DNA of 64,000 nt. Origin: Octopus bimaculoides (lineage: Eukaryota). Positions within the stretch are counted from its first letter, which is position 1. Each line of letters opens with the position of its first letter. The position numbers were made by a program, and so were the translations under genes. Below are positions 1-12,914 of this stretch, piece after piece. Location of the stretch: positions 52,613,497 to 52,677,496 of the forward strand of contig NC_068991.1 in the NCBI RefSeq assembly GCF_001194135.2. The letters run 5' to 3'. The notes beneath the pieces are model-generated. The model did no database searches and was not told the DNA's origin. It saw only the letters and a list, made by a program, of their open reading frames with translations.

Positions 1-640
1 GTAAAATGACTGAAAGGAGTAAACAGCTAAAAGATATCAAGACGTGTCAAAACGCCTGGACATATTTTTGTAATTGATTGCAAGAAAATGATTGCATGAA
101 TGAAACAATTGTTTGCAATCTGCAAACAAATACATGTTGATGAGGATGTACAAACTCCCTCGCACAAATAGACACACACACATATGCAATTTTATGTTGA
201 TCTATACTTTGTGAGTGGACACATAGCAACAAAGGATGTGACCGTTTGTGAGAAAGACTTGTGCTCTTCTCACACAGTCTTTTGTGTTGTTTCTTTTGTG
301 CTAAGTTGCAAATGCTGCCTTGTCACTGTAACCACCAGAAATTCAGAGAAATAGTGATTGGCCTACTATTATAACTGCTAAACATGTTTATTTGTATTAC
401 ATTAAGTGGATTGAAATGGGAAAAAATCATTTTATTTTTTAAATTCAAATTACAATGAAAGTATACAAAGTTTGCTTTAGAAGCATTGAGATGTATTGAA
501 AGATAAAGAGATAATTTTATTCTCAAATGCAGGATAGCCACTGACACGTTTTTGTGCAAAATATGGGTAGTTTATCCTGTTCATGCTACATTATTAGCAT
601 TATCCTGTGTTTGAGAATAAAATTATTTCCCTATTTTATC

Positions 641-779
641 TTTTGCCTTTCAATCTTTCGAGGTCGATGAATTAAGTACCAGTGAAACACTGGGGTTGAT
701 GTAATCGGCTAGTCCCTGCCCCAAAATTTCAGGCCTTGTGCCTTTAGTAGAAAGGATTATTATTATTATTATTATATTA
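641..779 (+). mobile_element. SINE 3' half with (ATT)n tail
   Basis: GAGGTCGAT...AAGTACCAGT...GGGGTTGATGTAATCG...GGCCTTGTGCC...GGATTATTATT; related reverse copy at about 11503-11703. Confidence 0.75.
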
Positions 780-790
780 TTTCTTTGTAG

Positions 791-1096
791 CCTTCTGTGA
801 GTATATCTGATGGAGAAGAGAAGCATGAAGAAGAAACAGCATGTAACGATGAGGAATTTGAGAATGACGAAGGTCCTGATGTTGAAGGTTTGATAGATCG
901 TATGGTAACCCTTTGTCCAAGAGCAAAACGACCTACTGAGATGCAAAAAGATAACCCTCCAGAACTTCCACCGAAAAAAAAGCATCACCAACAACAAAAT
1001 GGAGAAATTCAACATAATACAGAAAATGGAAGTCCATTTTCACAAGAAGAAAAACCACCCATGCTACCTCCGAAGCGACGGGAGAAGAAGGAAGCT
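791..1096 (+). CDS. MAP4K3: MAP4K3/5-like kinase exon (acidic/Pro-rich linker, PPELPPKKK...PPMLPPKRR)
   Basis: ttctttgtag|CCT acceptor, GCT|gtatgt donor, phase 0-0; PxxPxK SH3-ligand motifs typical of the GCK-I linker; upstream kinase exons lie outside the window. Confidence 0.9.
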
Positions 1097-1699
1097 GTAT
1101 GTGATTTTGTTTTGATTTTGATAAATCCTTATTTTTGTAGTTCCCATTTAGAAGAATTTCTGACATTTCAAACAAGCCATGCTAGTTAACAAAATACTTG
1201 CACCTATTGCTTACACATAGATTGCTATACATTTATTTCCATGGGTTACAAGAAATTTTGCCATAAACATTTTTGCCTTAGGAAAATTCACCTTAAAAAA
1301 ATAAATTGCAAAAAACTAGAGAAAGGTAATTGCTTTAAAATGATTTATCTTGTTTACAGTCTGTTTGTGTGCCTCTTTTACAGCAAAATTTCCTGCAGCT
1401 AAAATGTTAATGGTGAATTTTCTGGACACAATTTCTATGGTGCCTGTTTTCATTTACGATGGTTGAGCATGAGGGTTAACTGTTTTTGTCATTGCTTCAT
1501 ATATTATTCTAGAAGTGGATTCGGTTTCCTGAATTTGCTTTAAGATTGAAATAAATATATGGGAAATTCCCTTTTTAAACTGACTACAAATTCCATATCA
1601 TCTCTAAAGAGACTATATAGCTAATTTATTGACTAGTTTGAATAAGATGACATTGCAGTTAGTGATATATTTTTAAGTATGAAACTGTTGGTTGAAAAT

Positions 1700-1822
1700 A
1701 TTGTTTTGCTTCAGTCCTAACAGGCCACCAGTGTCTGATCTGCAGGAGAGCCTTCCAAGCATGCATTGGACTGATTGGCCACAACCGGACAAACCATGCC
1801 CTGTCTTCTCCTATATGATGTT
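1700..1822 (+). mobile_element. RTE-clade LINE 3' fragment (C-terminal C2H2 zinc finger), copy 1
   Basis: Translates HQCLICRRAFQACIGLIGHNRTNH*, like the RTE ORF C-terminal CxxC..F.ARIGL.SH.RTH. Confidence 0.7.
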
Positions 1823-1984
1823 TATACAACCATTGGCTGTTTTATATGCATTGATGTTAAATTTCTCAGTTGCCCATTTGTGTATTGGTCTGAGACTCTT
1901 CACAATCAGAAGATTTGAATGCATCAATAACACTTTTTTTTTAATTGACTATATTAATTAGAATCTATAATTTATATTTACCTT

Positions 1985-2310
1985 CATCATTTAACGTCCG
2001 TTTTCTATGCTGACATGGGTTGGGTGGTTTGACAGGAGCAAGCAAGCCGGAGAGCTGCACCAGGCTCCATTGTCTGTTTTGTCATGGTTTCTATGGTTGG
2101 ATGCCCTTCCTTACACCAACTACCTTACAAAGTATACTGGGTGCTTTTTTTTTCATGCTACTGGCACCAGTGCTTTATACATGGCATTAGCATAGCATGG
2201 GTGTTTTATACATGGCAACAGCACAGGTACATTTTACATTGCACAATCATGGGTGCTTTTTACATGACACCAGCATGGGTGCTTTTTATGTGACACTAGC
2301 ACAGTAACAC
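1985..2310 (-). mobile_element. (GAT)n-tailed non-autonomous retroelement/SINE (RTE-related)
   Basis: Plus strand begins CATCATTTAACGTCCGTTTTC..., contains GGATGCCCTTCC and ~25-bp GCACC/GGTGC units; further copies at about 4063-4300, 5473-5900, 5903-6400, 20570-20990 (-) and 15310-15510, 31470-31615 (+). Confidence 0.8.
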
Positions 2311-2636
2311 GGATGGTTTAGCAAAAACATATTTGTGTAAATAGTCAGAGTGAGCTTAATGTGTGGGGTAGTGGAGATGAGTGGCATTAAGTATAACAAA
2401 AAGAGAGGCTTGAGTATTAAGCGAAGCAGAAGTGTTATGTTAATTACTAACTCGAAGAAGCAGTAGCCATTATAGAAGTGGTGTGTTTGTGAGCCAGTAG
2501 TAGTAAGGAGTTATTGACAATCAGACAGCATTAAGGAAGCTGTGATGGGGGTATGACTACAGACTGTTTGTGCTTATAGCAGTTGCACTCTTTGCAAATG
2601 TGTGAGCAGTATTGTAATATGGTTTGTTGTATAGAG

Positions 2637-2942
2637 CAGGGGTTTCAAACTTTCTGACTTGCGGACCCCTTTATATTTCAGGCTTTATGAAATTTATACA
2701 TAAATATTTGCTTAAAATAACATTTACTTTTACATTTGTTTATTTAACAGTATTTAACAAATAGGTTTATTGTCAATTAAAAGATTTCGATTACAAAACC
2801 ATATATAAAATCAAATTGCCCATAAAAAGTNNNNNNNNNNTCGATTACAAAACCATATATAAAATCAAATTGCCCATAAAAAGTATTTGCTGTCCACGGA
2901 CCCCCTGTCTTGTCCTTGCGGACCACAGTTTGAAAACCACTG
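2637..2942. mobile_element. hAT-type MITE
   Basis: TIRs CAGGGGTTTCAAACT / AGTTTGAAAACCACTG; 8-bp TSD GTATAGAG on both sides. Confidence 0.92.
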
Positions 2943-3360
2943 GTATAGAGCACTGCCTCTCACACTATCTGATGTGGCATGCTGGCAGTTTTTTTTCCCC
3001 AATGTGCCAAGGACCAGTTATATTTCTTAGTAATATTAATTTATACTGGAAACAATATATATAATGAATATAATAAAAGTTGACAATTTTTTTAATCTTA
3101 TATTTATTTTGTAAACAAATAATACAATATTAAATAAGCATTTTATGACGTTTCTTTCTTTTCTGGAAACTCGCTGTGTACTGGCAGCTGATGGCTCGCA
3201 AACCACCACTTTGAGTAGCACTGGTATAGAGAATTAGTAAATGTGTGTGAGATTATGAGCAAAGATCTTCAGAAATTGTGGAAACTTCTATAGAGAATCT
3301 GAACAGTTTTTAATGACTCAGGCATGACTATGTAACTTGTTTTTAATTGTTTAATATCAA

Positions 3361-3530
3361 CTCCTTGCCTTCAGTCCTAACAGGCCACCAGTGGCTGATC
3401 TGCAGGAGAGCCTTCCAAGCATGCATTAGACTGATTGGCCACAACTGGACAAACTATGCCCTGTCTTCTCCTATATGATGTCTTTGGTCATCATTAACAA
3501 GGATGGCTGATCTAATAATAATATTAATAA
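3361..3530 (+). mobile_element. RTE-clade LINE 3' fragment, copy 2, with 3' UTR and (TAA)-rich tail
   Basis: Near-identical to 1710-1822 over about 110 bp; continues GGTCATCATT...GGATGGCTGATC-TAATAATAAT. Confidence 0.7.
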
Positions 3531-3653
3531 TTGTTTAATGACTCCAGTATTACTATATATTGCTTTTAATTATTTATTGCTCCTATAAATTAAAACTTAA
3601 TTGTTTGAGAGTGGCTAAAGATTTGTCTTTGTCTTTTTTTCCAAATATTTTAG

Positions 3654-3704
3654 ACTAAAAACCGACCCGTCAGTAATGGGCTTCCACCAACTCCAAAAGT
3701 TCAT
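3654..3704 (+). CDS. MAP4K3: MAP4K3/5-like exon TKNRPVSNGLPPTPKVH
   Basis: tttag| acceptor, |gtaagt donor, phase 0-0; matches the conserved SNGLPPTPKVH motif preceding the CNH domain. Confidence 0.96.
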
Positions 3705-5175
3705 GTAAGTAGGAATTTTTTTTATTCTATTCGCTTTATGTGTACAATGTAGTATTTTGTGTAATTCTGAGAACCTTGTCATAAAAAAATATGAAATGCT
3801 AATGACATAGCTGTTTAGATTATCAGATCAAGATGGCTTGATAATTAAAGTTTCAGGCAAAGGTATAACAACTTGTGGCATGATGTTAAATCTTCTATAG
3901 AATACTAACTTTACTGCATCATACATCTTAGAATGTCAAAAAGTGTCCAAGTTCTTGGTCTAGTCAATTTATACATCACCCATGAATCATGTCTGAAAGT
4001 AAAATGCACTTTGATACTTTTTTAAAATTTTCTTCGTAATTAACTGCATTTGTATTTCATCATCACCATTTAATATCTATTTTCTGTGCTGGCATGGGTT
4101 GGATAGTTTGACAGGAGCCAGTAAGGCAAGGTGCCACACCAACCCCCATTGTCTGTTTTGGCATGGTTTCTATGGCTGGATATCCTTCCTAGCACCAACC
4201 AATTCACAGGGTGCTTTTATTTCATGGCACTAGTACCAGTGCTTTTTATGTGGCACCAGCACCAAACTGGGTCACCAGATTTTTTTTTATGTTCCCTGCA
4301 GTACAAGTAATCGAAGGAAGAAATCATATTAACTCTGCAGAAATGTCCCACATAGATTAATTGTAATTAGTTCAGCTCTTTAGCATTCAAACCAGTTATA
4401 TCTGGCCCAAATATTCTGAAGAGACAATTGCATTCCAATGTGGCCTGTATATGTTATATATGAAGAATCCTCACAGTAAAGCAGAAGTATGTCACCCCTA
4501 GTTGTTCAGCTGATTGTTCATATGTTGTAAGCCTGCTCAATCAAAACTGATCTCAAGCTACTCAACATTTGAGGTTCAAAGAAATACATGTACCAAGAAG
4601 GTAAATGTATTTTCTAAAACAGCAAATTATTGATCTAAATCCTGGACCCAGAGTCTCTTTGAAACTATGCTAACTGTTGCAAAACCTTGTTTGCTTATTG
4701 ATGTAAGCCAAAAAAATATGATAATTCTGCATCAAAGTATAATGGAAAAAATGAAACACTTGAATAACATGACATTTAGTTCTAATTGATACTGCCTTTT
4801 CCCATTGTCATATATTATAACCATAAGTCTTTTGTGCAGCATTGTAAACATTTCCTGTTTGTTGCAATGTATATATTTGATTAAGATTCACACCACCCAC
4901 ATCACTACTTCAACTTTCTCATTTTGTGTGTCCATTAGGTAGGTGTGTTAAAAACATAAAAAAAAACACACAAGGCATAGTAGATGGGATTTCAAACAAA
5001 TGTATGCACATAGCTAGTTAAACTAGTTTTGTAAATAGTAACAATAGAGGAAGTCAACAGCTTTCAATGACGAAGACAAAAAAAAATGGCTCAGCTGCAT
5101 GCATTGAGTACTTTTATTCTCATAAATATATAACAATATATAATTTTATATGTATATCTCTAATTGCTGTTCTAG

Positions 5176-5260
5176 ATGGGTGCCTGTTTTTCCAAAGTCT
5201 TTAATGGCTGTCCACTTCACATAATTTGTACTGCCAGCTGGGTTCATCCAGATACAAGAG
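5176..5260 (+). CDS. MAP4K3: MAP4K3/5-like exon MGACFSKVFNGCPLHIICTASWVHPDTR (CNH start)
   Basis: ttctag| and G|gttagt, phase 0-1; hallmark MGACFSKVFNGCPL of MAP4K2/3/5/hppy. Confidence 0.97.
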
Positions 5261-6594
5261 GTTAGTTATATTTTATACCATTAGATATTGTTTAAATGTT
5301 TGTGTATATATACCACTTTTGGTCACTTTCAGCAATCTATAAAGAGATGCTCTATGAAGAATTTATGATTGTCCTGGTTAATCTGCTTCTTTGCTAATAA
5401 CAGTACTAAAAGTGTAATTAATACAAAAAAGAAAAGTAAAAAAAAAATGTTAATGAACACACTTGGTAACTTCATCATCATTTAATGCCTGTTTTCAAGC
5501 TGGCATGGGTTGGACAGTCTGACAGGAGCTGGCAAGTCAGAGAGCTACACTAGACTCCATTTGTCTGTTTTGGTATGTTTTCTATGGCTAGATGCCCTTC
5601 CTAATGCCAACCACTTTACAGAGTGTACTAAGTGCCTTTTATGTGGCACCAGCACTGGTGCTTTTTGCATGGCAGCGGGGCACCAAGTGGCTTGCAAGAC
5701 AAAGACTTCTCAGCTAAGAGATAATAGAGGGACAGAGATAGTTGTCTTACTATAGAGAGGATACTTGGCTACCCCAGTGGGACAGGGAAGGTGAGAGAAG
5801 GGGATGTTCCATAAGAGTGTGAGGGGAGATGTTTGGAGATGAGGAAGACATGACTGTAAAGGTGAGAGAACATGGAGTGGATGGAAAGAGGGATATGGTA
5901 AATCATCATCATTTAATATCCGTTTTCCATTCTGGCATGGGCTGGATGGTTTGACAGGAGCTAGTGAGGCCGGGGGATGCATCAGGCTTCAATTGTCTGT
6001 TTTGGCTTGGTTTCTATGGTTGGATACCTTTCCTAACACCAACCACTTTACAGAGTATACTGGTTGCTTTTTATGTGGCACCAGCACCGGTCGTCACTGA
6101 GTAACTTGCAAGACAAAATCCCCTTCAACTGGGAGGGGTAGTAGTTGTGAGGCTTTGTGCCAGCTGATGAGAAATTAGACATATAGAGGAACAAGGGTAG
6201 GTGTCCTGCTGTAGATTAGATACATGAATACTCCAGTTAAAAAAGAAAGGAAGGTGGGTTAGAGAGTAAGATAAAGAGGGTAGGTAGGTCGGTAGTAAGA
6301 GAAAGAGAGCAATAGTGAGAGAGATGGTGGCAAAGATGTGTCAGGATATGCCCTCAAGGGATATTGGGGGCAGAGAGAATATATGTATTATACAGCAGAC
6401 TTATATAAGAATGGAAAATGGATAAGTGACTATATTTCAATCAGAATAAGTGACTATATTTCAATCTCCAATTAAAGCAGTTATGTTTTATTCATATTGT
6501 CACTGTATTTGGGAACAGCATAAACATCACATCTTCCTATTTCCCATCCACCAAAATTATATGGTTTGTAAATAAACAATATTTTCTACTTCAG

Positions 6595-6674
6595 ATCAGT
6601 ACATACTAATAGGAGCAAACGAGGGATTATACACCCTTAATCTAAATGAGTTACATGAGTCGTCTCTTGAATTA
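6595..6674 (+). CDS. MAP4K3: CNH exon (D)QYILIGANEGLYTLNLNELHESSLEL
   Basis: cttcag| and |gtaagt, phase 1-0; conserved G.Y.LNLNELHE motif. Confidence 0.97.
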
Positions 6675-6980
6675 GTAAGTAAACTGCATCATCATTCATA
6701 TTTTATTTGTTTGTGTGTAAATTGAATGTGATAAAGCTATTTTGTAAGTGATTCAAGAACTCATCTGATCGTATTCAATTAAAGAGGTAAAAATTAAATG
6801 AGCACCCATCATTTAAGTAACTAGTCTCAAGAAAACATAACAAGCTACTTCAATGATGGGTGCCCACTGAAAAGATTAATCCTTTCTCACAGCAAATGAT
6901 TGAAGAAATAAGTGAATAATTACTGCAAATTTTTGTGTGATATTTTCAAAAAGATGTTATAAATTTGGTTCATTCTTGTA

Positions 6981-8258
6981 TCAGGTCATCCCATAAGTTC
7001 TGTCCGAATTTTGAATAAAGGAAACAAGTGATCAAATGTTATATTTAATTGAAATTTAATCATCAATGAACTTTCCCTGATTATCTATGACTTCCTTCCA
7101 TCTATTTACAAGCTTTTTAATCCCATCAATGTAAAACTCTTTGGTTTCAAAGCGAAGAACTCTAAAATGTCTGTTTCAACCTCCTCCTGGCTTGTGAAAG
7201 TTATGTCTCCCAAATGATTCTGTAAACTATGAAACAAATGGTAGTCTGAAGGAGCAAGGTCGGGAGAATAAGGTGGATGAGGAATTTTTTCCCAACCAAG
7301 CTCTTCAATCTTCTGTGATGTGATCTTTGCAGTGTNNNNNNNNNNNNNNNNNNNNNNNNNNNNNNNNNNNNNNNNNNNNNNNNNNNNNNNNNNNNNNNNN
7401 NNNNNNNNNNNNNNNNNNNNNNNNNNNNNNNNNNNNNNNNNNNNNNNNNNNNNNNNNNNNNNNNNNNNNNNNNNNNNNNNNNNNNNNNNNNNNNNNNNNN
7501 NNNNNNNNNNNNNNNNNNNNNNNNNNNNNNNNNNNNTCCCATGAAGTTCCCTTCTAGGTTGTGGTTGAGCTTTTTCCCTTTTACCAAGCCACTGTTTACG
7601 ATGTTTAACATCCATTTTTCATCACCAGTCACAAGTCTATCCAAAAAGTGTGAAATGAGTTCGTGAGAATGGAGAGAAGAGCAGATGTCAAACTCGGGAT
7701 TTGCGGTTGCTTTCGGACAATTCATGAGGCACCCATTTTCCAAGTTTAGAAACCTTTCCAAATTGTTGAAGAAGACAATGAACAGTTGTATGGTTTGAAC
7801 TAAGCTTTATTGCCAATTCTTCAACTGACGATGCAGGATTTTCTTCAAGTAATACCTCAAGGAGCTTATCATCAAACTCAACTGGATGTCGTGTTCGATC
7901 TTCATCGTCAAGGCTGAAAACTCCATTTTTGAATTTTGCAAACCATCTTCTGCAAGTTCTTTCATTCAAGCATTCTTTCCCTGAGTGTATGTTTTGAGTC
8001 GCTTCGGCTGCAAAGTTTCCTTTCTTGTACTCATAAAGCATTATGTGACTCAAATGCTCTTTGGATACTTCCATGTTAGAAATGGTTTTAATCAAAGAAA
8101 TTTTAATTCTATTATTCTGCAAAATAATATTTAATTAGTTTAAATGTACACAAATGCATAAAAATAATTTTTAATTCCATTAGACATTCTAAAATACTAT
8201 CAAATTTCATTCAATTTTAAAGAAGGTAAAATCGGACAGAACTTATTGGATGACCTGA
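6981..8258 (-). mobile_element. Full-length mariner element, transposase frameshifted (gap inside)
   Basis: 27-bp TIRs TCAGGTCATCCCATAAGTTCTGTCCGA (1 mismatch), TA TSD; WVPHEL, TGDEKW and HPPYSPDLAPSDYHLF motifs. Confidence 0.95.
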
Positions 8259-8641
8259 TATATGTTAGCAACATTGAAAATTAATACTGAATGTAAGATT
8301 ATGTAGTATGATCCTCAGCTATAACATATGCTATAGCTAGAAGAGTTGACATGTGTGTCACATCTAGTCATTCTACTTCTGTATTCCATTTGTTGACTTG
8401 ATCAGAACTTAAATGGGGCTGCTCAACGACAACATGAATATATTGATAACACATTGTGTTTCAGTAGTTTTTATAACATGAAAGTAATGGCTGACTAATT
8501 GAGATAATATATCTGATTATTACTAACCAAAAAAGTGGGTGATTTTGGCCTCATCACAAGTTCCATATTCTGTACATGTCTTAAATACTTCTCTCTTATT
8601 TTGATGCAAATAGCTGCTGTTTCTCAGTATAGTTCACATCT

Positions 8642-8882
8642 CGAGTGTTTCTCAACCCTGGTCCATATAAAATTTTGTTCTTAAAATTTATGTGCAATAA
8701 ATTGCTTATACATTTACAATGCACAAAATATTTTAACAGTTTTTTTTTTTTATACAATTCCTGATAATATGTAATTATAAGAATAGAATGGGATTTTTAA
8801 ACATCAAATGGCTATGAGGGTCAACCAGAGGAAAATAGAAATCAAAGGGGTCCACAAATAGAAAAATGGTTGAGAACCACCG
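8642..8882. mobile_element. Degenerate hAT-type MITE
   Basis: Ends GTGTTTCTCAACC ... GGTTGAGAACCAC. Confidence 0.65.
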
Positions 8883-9137
8883 CACCATTCAGAAAATTAA
8901 AAGCATTATTGTTAGTTTGTCGTGCTAAATTCGAGACTTATGGTCATGAATAAAAGTATTGAGAAGTTGCTTCAGTGTTCAACCTTGCACCACAATTCCC
9001 AGTTGGGTAGCTTTTTATTCCTGGTTGTGATTTATGACTGGATTATATTCTGTAAAACTGTCGAAATATTACAAATTTTACTTTGTGGGTTTGAAACTAT
9101 TTCAGCAATATAATTTTGTCATTTTTTAATTTTCTAG

Positions 9138-9198
9138 CTGCATGCCCGAAGATGCATCTGGTTATATGTAATTAAAGATGTGCTTATGTCAATATCAA
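9138..9198 (+). CDS. MAP4K3: CNH exon LHARRCIWLYVIKDVLMSIS
   Basis: tttctag| and A|gtaggt, phase 0-1; matches the RRCxWLYV motif. Confidence 0.95.
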
Positions 9199-9529
9199 GT
9201 AGGTATAATTTATATTGTCTATAATTTGTTTATTTAATTAGGATTTATTGTTTCAGTTGGTGGCATATATTAATAATATTTATTTTAATTTTTGCTTTTG
9301 TAGATATTTGAGTGAGTGTCTATGTATCATTTTAAATATTAGATGTGACTGTATTTCAGAAATTCACTTGACCGCCATGTTCTGTACTTTCAGCATGTAT
9401 TGCTTCAGGTTGACCTATTTCTTGTGAGTGAAATTTGGGAGACTAGAAACTGTGTGAAAGCCTTTTGTATATATACAAATGTGGATTTGTATGTGTGTGT
9501 GTCTACATGTATTAGTATGTGTACTTATA

Positions 9530-10785
9530 CACAGACATGACAGAAATAAATAGACACCCCATAAAACATTGTTTTATGTTTATTTTAACTTCAAATGGTT
9601 TATACTTTTATTCATATTGACATTTTTATGTTTCAGGTTCTATATGTGACTGTTTAATCATGCCATGTACAAGAGAAGCCTTGGAACTGTCCAAAGTTTA
9701 GAGAGGCTGTATTGTAGGTCAATCTGAAGGTGGACTTAGTCAGTGTAAAATTCCAGAAAACTTTGGGATCCTGCTGTCTACAGTTAACAGGGTAATTGTG
9801 CAATTCACCAGAGAAGGGAAGGAGTCCACATCACCTTGCCCAGGCCGACCAGGGCCCTCTGACAGGACCCTTTGCTTTGTTAAGTGAAGTGTGGAGGATA
9901 ATCTTCACTGCAACACCTCTGACGTAGCAGGACAAGTTGATGTCAGTCCCAGAATAACTGTTAGGGATCTCCACAAACTTAGCTACTATGGCAGAGCAGC
10001 AAGAAGGAAGCTACTTCTTCAATCAGCCAATATCAAATGGAGAAAAGATTTGGCCAGTGAGACGATGGAGTGGTCGCTAGCATTTTGGGACACTATCATA
10101 TTCTCTAATGAGTCCAGGTTTGCTGTATTTTCTGACAGTGGACAAGTGTGGGTCTGGAAATTCTGTGATCAAGAATTTGACATGAAAAGATTCCTGCCAA
10201 CAATGAAACAAGACTGCTATTCTCTGATGGTTTGGGAGCAGTTTGGAGCAATGATCAATCAGAGCTGGTGGAATGTGATGGAAACCTAAACTCAGATAAA
10301 TGTGTGTCTATATTGCAGAAAGGACACCTTCCAGTCTTCTCCAATGGTGAAATGATTAAAGAAGACTCTTTATTTATGAAAGATGGGGCTCCTTGTTACA
10401 TGGCTAAAAAGACCCAAGATTGGTTGGAAAAGAATGGCATTAAAAAACTTCCATGGCCAAGCCAGTCACCAGATATGAACTCCATTGAACACCTCTGGGG
10501 CATAAAGGACAGGACACTTCATAAAAAGAACAAGAAAGCATCCTCAAAGCCAGATCTTTTGAGATTACTGCATGAAACTTAGCAAGAAATTCCCCAAGAA
10601 AATATTTATCATCTGATCAGTAGCATACCTTGTAAGATCCTTGCATTGAAAAATGCAAAGGGCATGCCTATTGAATATTAGATATTCACATTATAATAAT
10701 TGGTAAATAATTTGAATGTATAATTTCAGATTTAAATAGATTTTAATGATTATAAGGGTGTCTATTTACTTCTGTCATGTCTGTG
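9530..10785 (+). mobile_element. Tc1-like element, decayed
   Basis: 30-bp TIRs CACAGACATGACAGAAATAAATAGACACCC, TA TSD; IFSNES, KDGAP and WPSQSPDMNSIEHLW motifs with stops and frameshifts. Confidence 0.93.
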
Positions 10786-11853
10786 TATGTGTGTAATATG
10801 TATATGACTTTCTAGTCATAAATAATCATGTATATGGCCATTTCATTCTTATTTGAAATCAGCAGTGTGACATAACATGAAACAAATAAATTAGATTAAA
10901 CTAAACTAAACATTTAATTACTACATTTTATCAACATTTCACCTTCATTGATAAAAAAGATTTATGGAATTTATAGCACTAATTTTCATTTTCAAAATAT
11001 ACTGCTATCATAGAATTCCATGCAGCCTCTAAAATCATTGCTGAAATATAGCTGGCGTATAGCCAAATTACAAAATAGCAAGTTATTGGCTTTAGCAACC
11101 CCTCCCCCCAATACACACACACACGCATAAGAAAAAAACCAATTGCTTAAAAAAAATTTTGCTTACAGTGATGTCATCAAACTTATTTATGATGGGAATC
11201 ATTGAGTTAATTTCTTCAGTCATAAGTTTGCCTCTTCTTTTAATGAGAGAATTCTTAGTGGTAGATAAAATTCCTTGATTATTCAGTTTTATGAGATTAT
11301 ATTGTGAGTTCAGGTCTTATTATAACCACCTTTACATTTCATCTTCTGAACTCACAAAAATGCAGCCACTGTTGTATACATGTTCCAAAGATTTTTATTA
11401 GCCTTGTTTTGACATTAGATATTATCTCCCTAAACATCAAAAACTAATTGAAAATCTTTGTTTCACTGTTATATATCTTAAAAAGAATTTAACTGATCTC
11501 ATATTTATTGATTTGAAATTTGGCACAAGGCCAGCAATTTCGGAGAAGGGTAAATCGACCCTAGTGCTAACTGGTACTTATTTTATTGAGTCCAAAAGGA
11601 TGAAAGGCAAAGTTGACCACTGTGGAATTTGAACCAAGAATGCAAAATCAAATGAAATACTGCTAAGCATTTTGCCCAGCATGATAACAATTCTGCCAGC
11701 TGATCTAATATTTATTGGAAGGTGCTTTAGTATATATCAAATCTAAAATTATGTGGACTGCTCTAAAAACTGTAGGTAAAAGTAAAAATTTTATATTCAT
11801 ATTTTTTTTCTTATTATAATTAATATTTCATTTTTTAAAATTTTCCACTTCAG

Positions 11854-11959
11854 GTAAAACTCCTCATCTTTATCGGCATGATTTATTAATGCTACACAGT
11901 AAACAAACAAATAGGTTTTCTCTTCCAATGAATAAGATTCCAGAACGATTGGTTCCTAG
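11854..11959 (+). CDS. MAP4K3: CNH exon (S)KTPHLYRHDLLMLHSKQTNRFSLPMNKIPERLVP
   Basis: cttcag| and AG|gtaaga, phase 1-2; resembles the happyhour LYRHDL..LHSKQT.RFSL.MNKIPERLVPR segment. Confidence 0.96.
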
Positions 11960-12192
11960 GTAAGAAATGTGATGATTTATTATCTCAATATATTTGTTAT
12001 CAGGCTTTCAGTTACTTTCATCATAAAATGTTGAAATCTTGAGATTGTAATTGCTCTGATTAGTAATCATCAAATAAATGATTTTTGAAAGCAATTTTGA
12101 TAGAATTTTGATCTTTTAGCTGTTTCAAATGACTAATATAGATATTGAAATACCGTAAAGGTTGATGCTTTTTTTTTTTTAAATACTTTCAG

Positions 12193-12355
12193 AAAATTTG
12201 CTACAACAACCAAAGTTCCTGACAGTAGAGGCTGTATGAAATGCTGTGTGGGAAGAAACCCTTACAATGGTTACAAATATCTATGTGGGGCTCTGTCCAC
12301 AGGGATTATTCTTATGCAGTGGTATGAACCTTTGAATAAATATATGTTACTTAAG
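12193..12355 (+). CDS. MAP4K3: CNH exon (R)KFATTTKVPDSRGCMKCCVGRNPYNGYKYLCGALSTGIILMQWYEPLNKYMLLK
   Basis: tttcag| and AAG|gttagt, phase 2-0; highly conserved RNPYNGYKYLCGA and LMQWYEPL. Confidence 0.97.
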
Positions 12356-12453
12356 GTTAGTCCTTCACTTACTTTGATTTTGTTTTCATTTTCTTGAGAC
12401 ACTATCTGTAGATTATTTTCTTTGCTACAATTAATTATTTGTGTATATTGCAG

Positions 12454-12554
12454 ACTTTTGAATGTGATTCAATGCCGACGCACCTTGATGTATTTGAGAT
12501 GTTCATATCTCCAGAATTAGAATATCCAATGATTTGTATTGGAGTAAGAAAAGG
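12454..12554 (+). CDS. MAP4K3: CNH exon TFECDSMPTHLDVFEMFISPELEYPMICIGVRK
   Basis: ttgcag| and GG|gtgaga, phase 0-2; FEM...EYPM.C.GV motif. Confidence 0.96.
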
Positions 12555-12914
12555 GTGAGATATCTTTCTCTTGTTTTTTTTACATTTCATTAGTTATTGT
12601 TGTACAGCAAAGTACAAGGCAGCTTGACTTTGATAAATACCATTTACTTACCTATAAGTCACATTATTATATGCTTGATTTTAACTGGTGTGCAACTTAG
12701 ATATGAAGCAAAGCCAAAACTATGGAGGGAAACCATTCTTTTTGTACAAATATTCAATACTAAATTAGAGGTGCCACTTAGACACAAGTAAATATGAGAA
12801 GTATAACGTTTCTCTAAAAGAGAAGATGATTTTAAAACATATTTCTTTTAATGGTTAAAGTAAAAACTTGAATAATTTTTGTTGCATTCTTCTGTATTGT
12901 AATCTCCTGTTCAT

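Noticed and set aside
1692-1961. ORF ...SPNRPPVSDLQESLPSMHW as a Pro-rich MAP4K exon
   Set aside because: It would need phase 2 while the flanking exons are phase 0-0; another frame gives an RTE zinc finger
2787-2884. 44-bp direct repeat inside the MITE
   Set aside because: The copies flank a 10-N gap and the sister MITE at 44245 has one copy, so this is a contig-overlap artefact
6422-6466. 21-bp direct repeat ATAAGTGACTATATTTCAATC
   Set aside because: Small local duplication at a repeat boundary with no further structure
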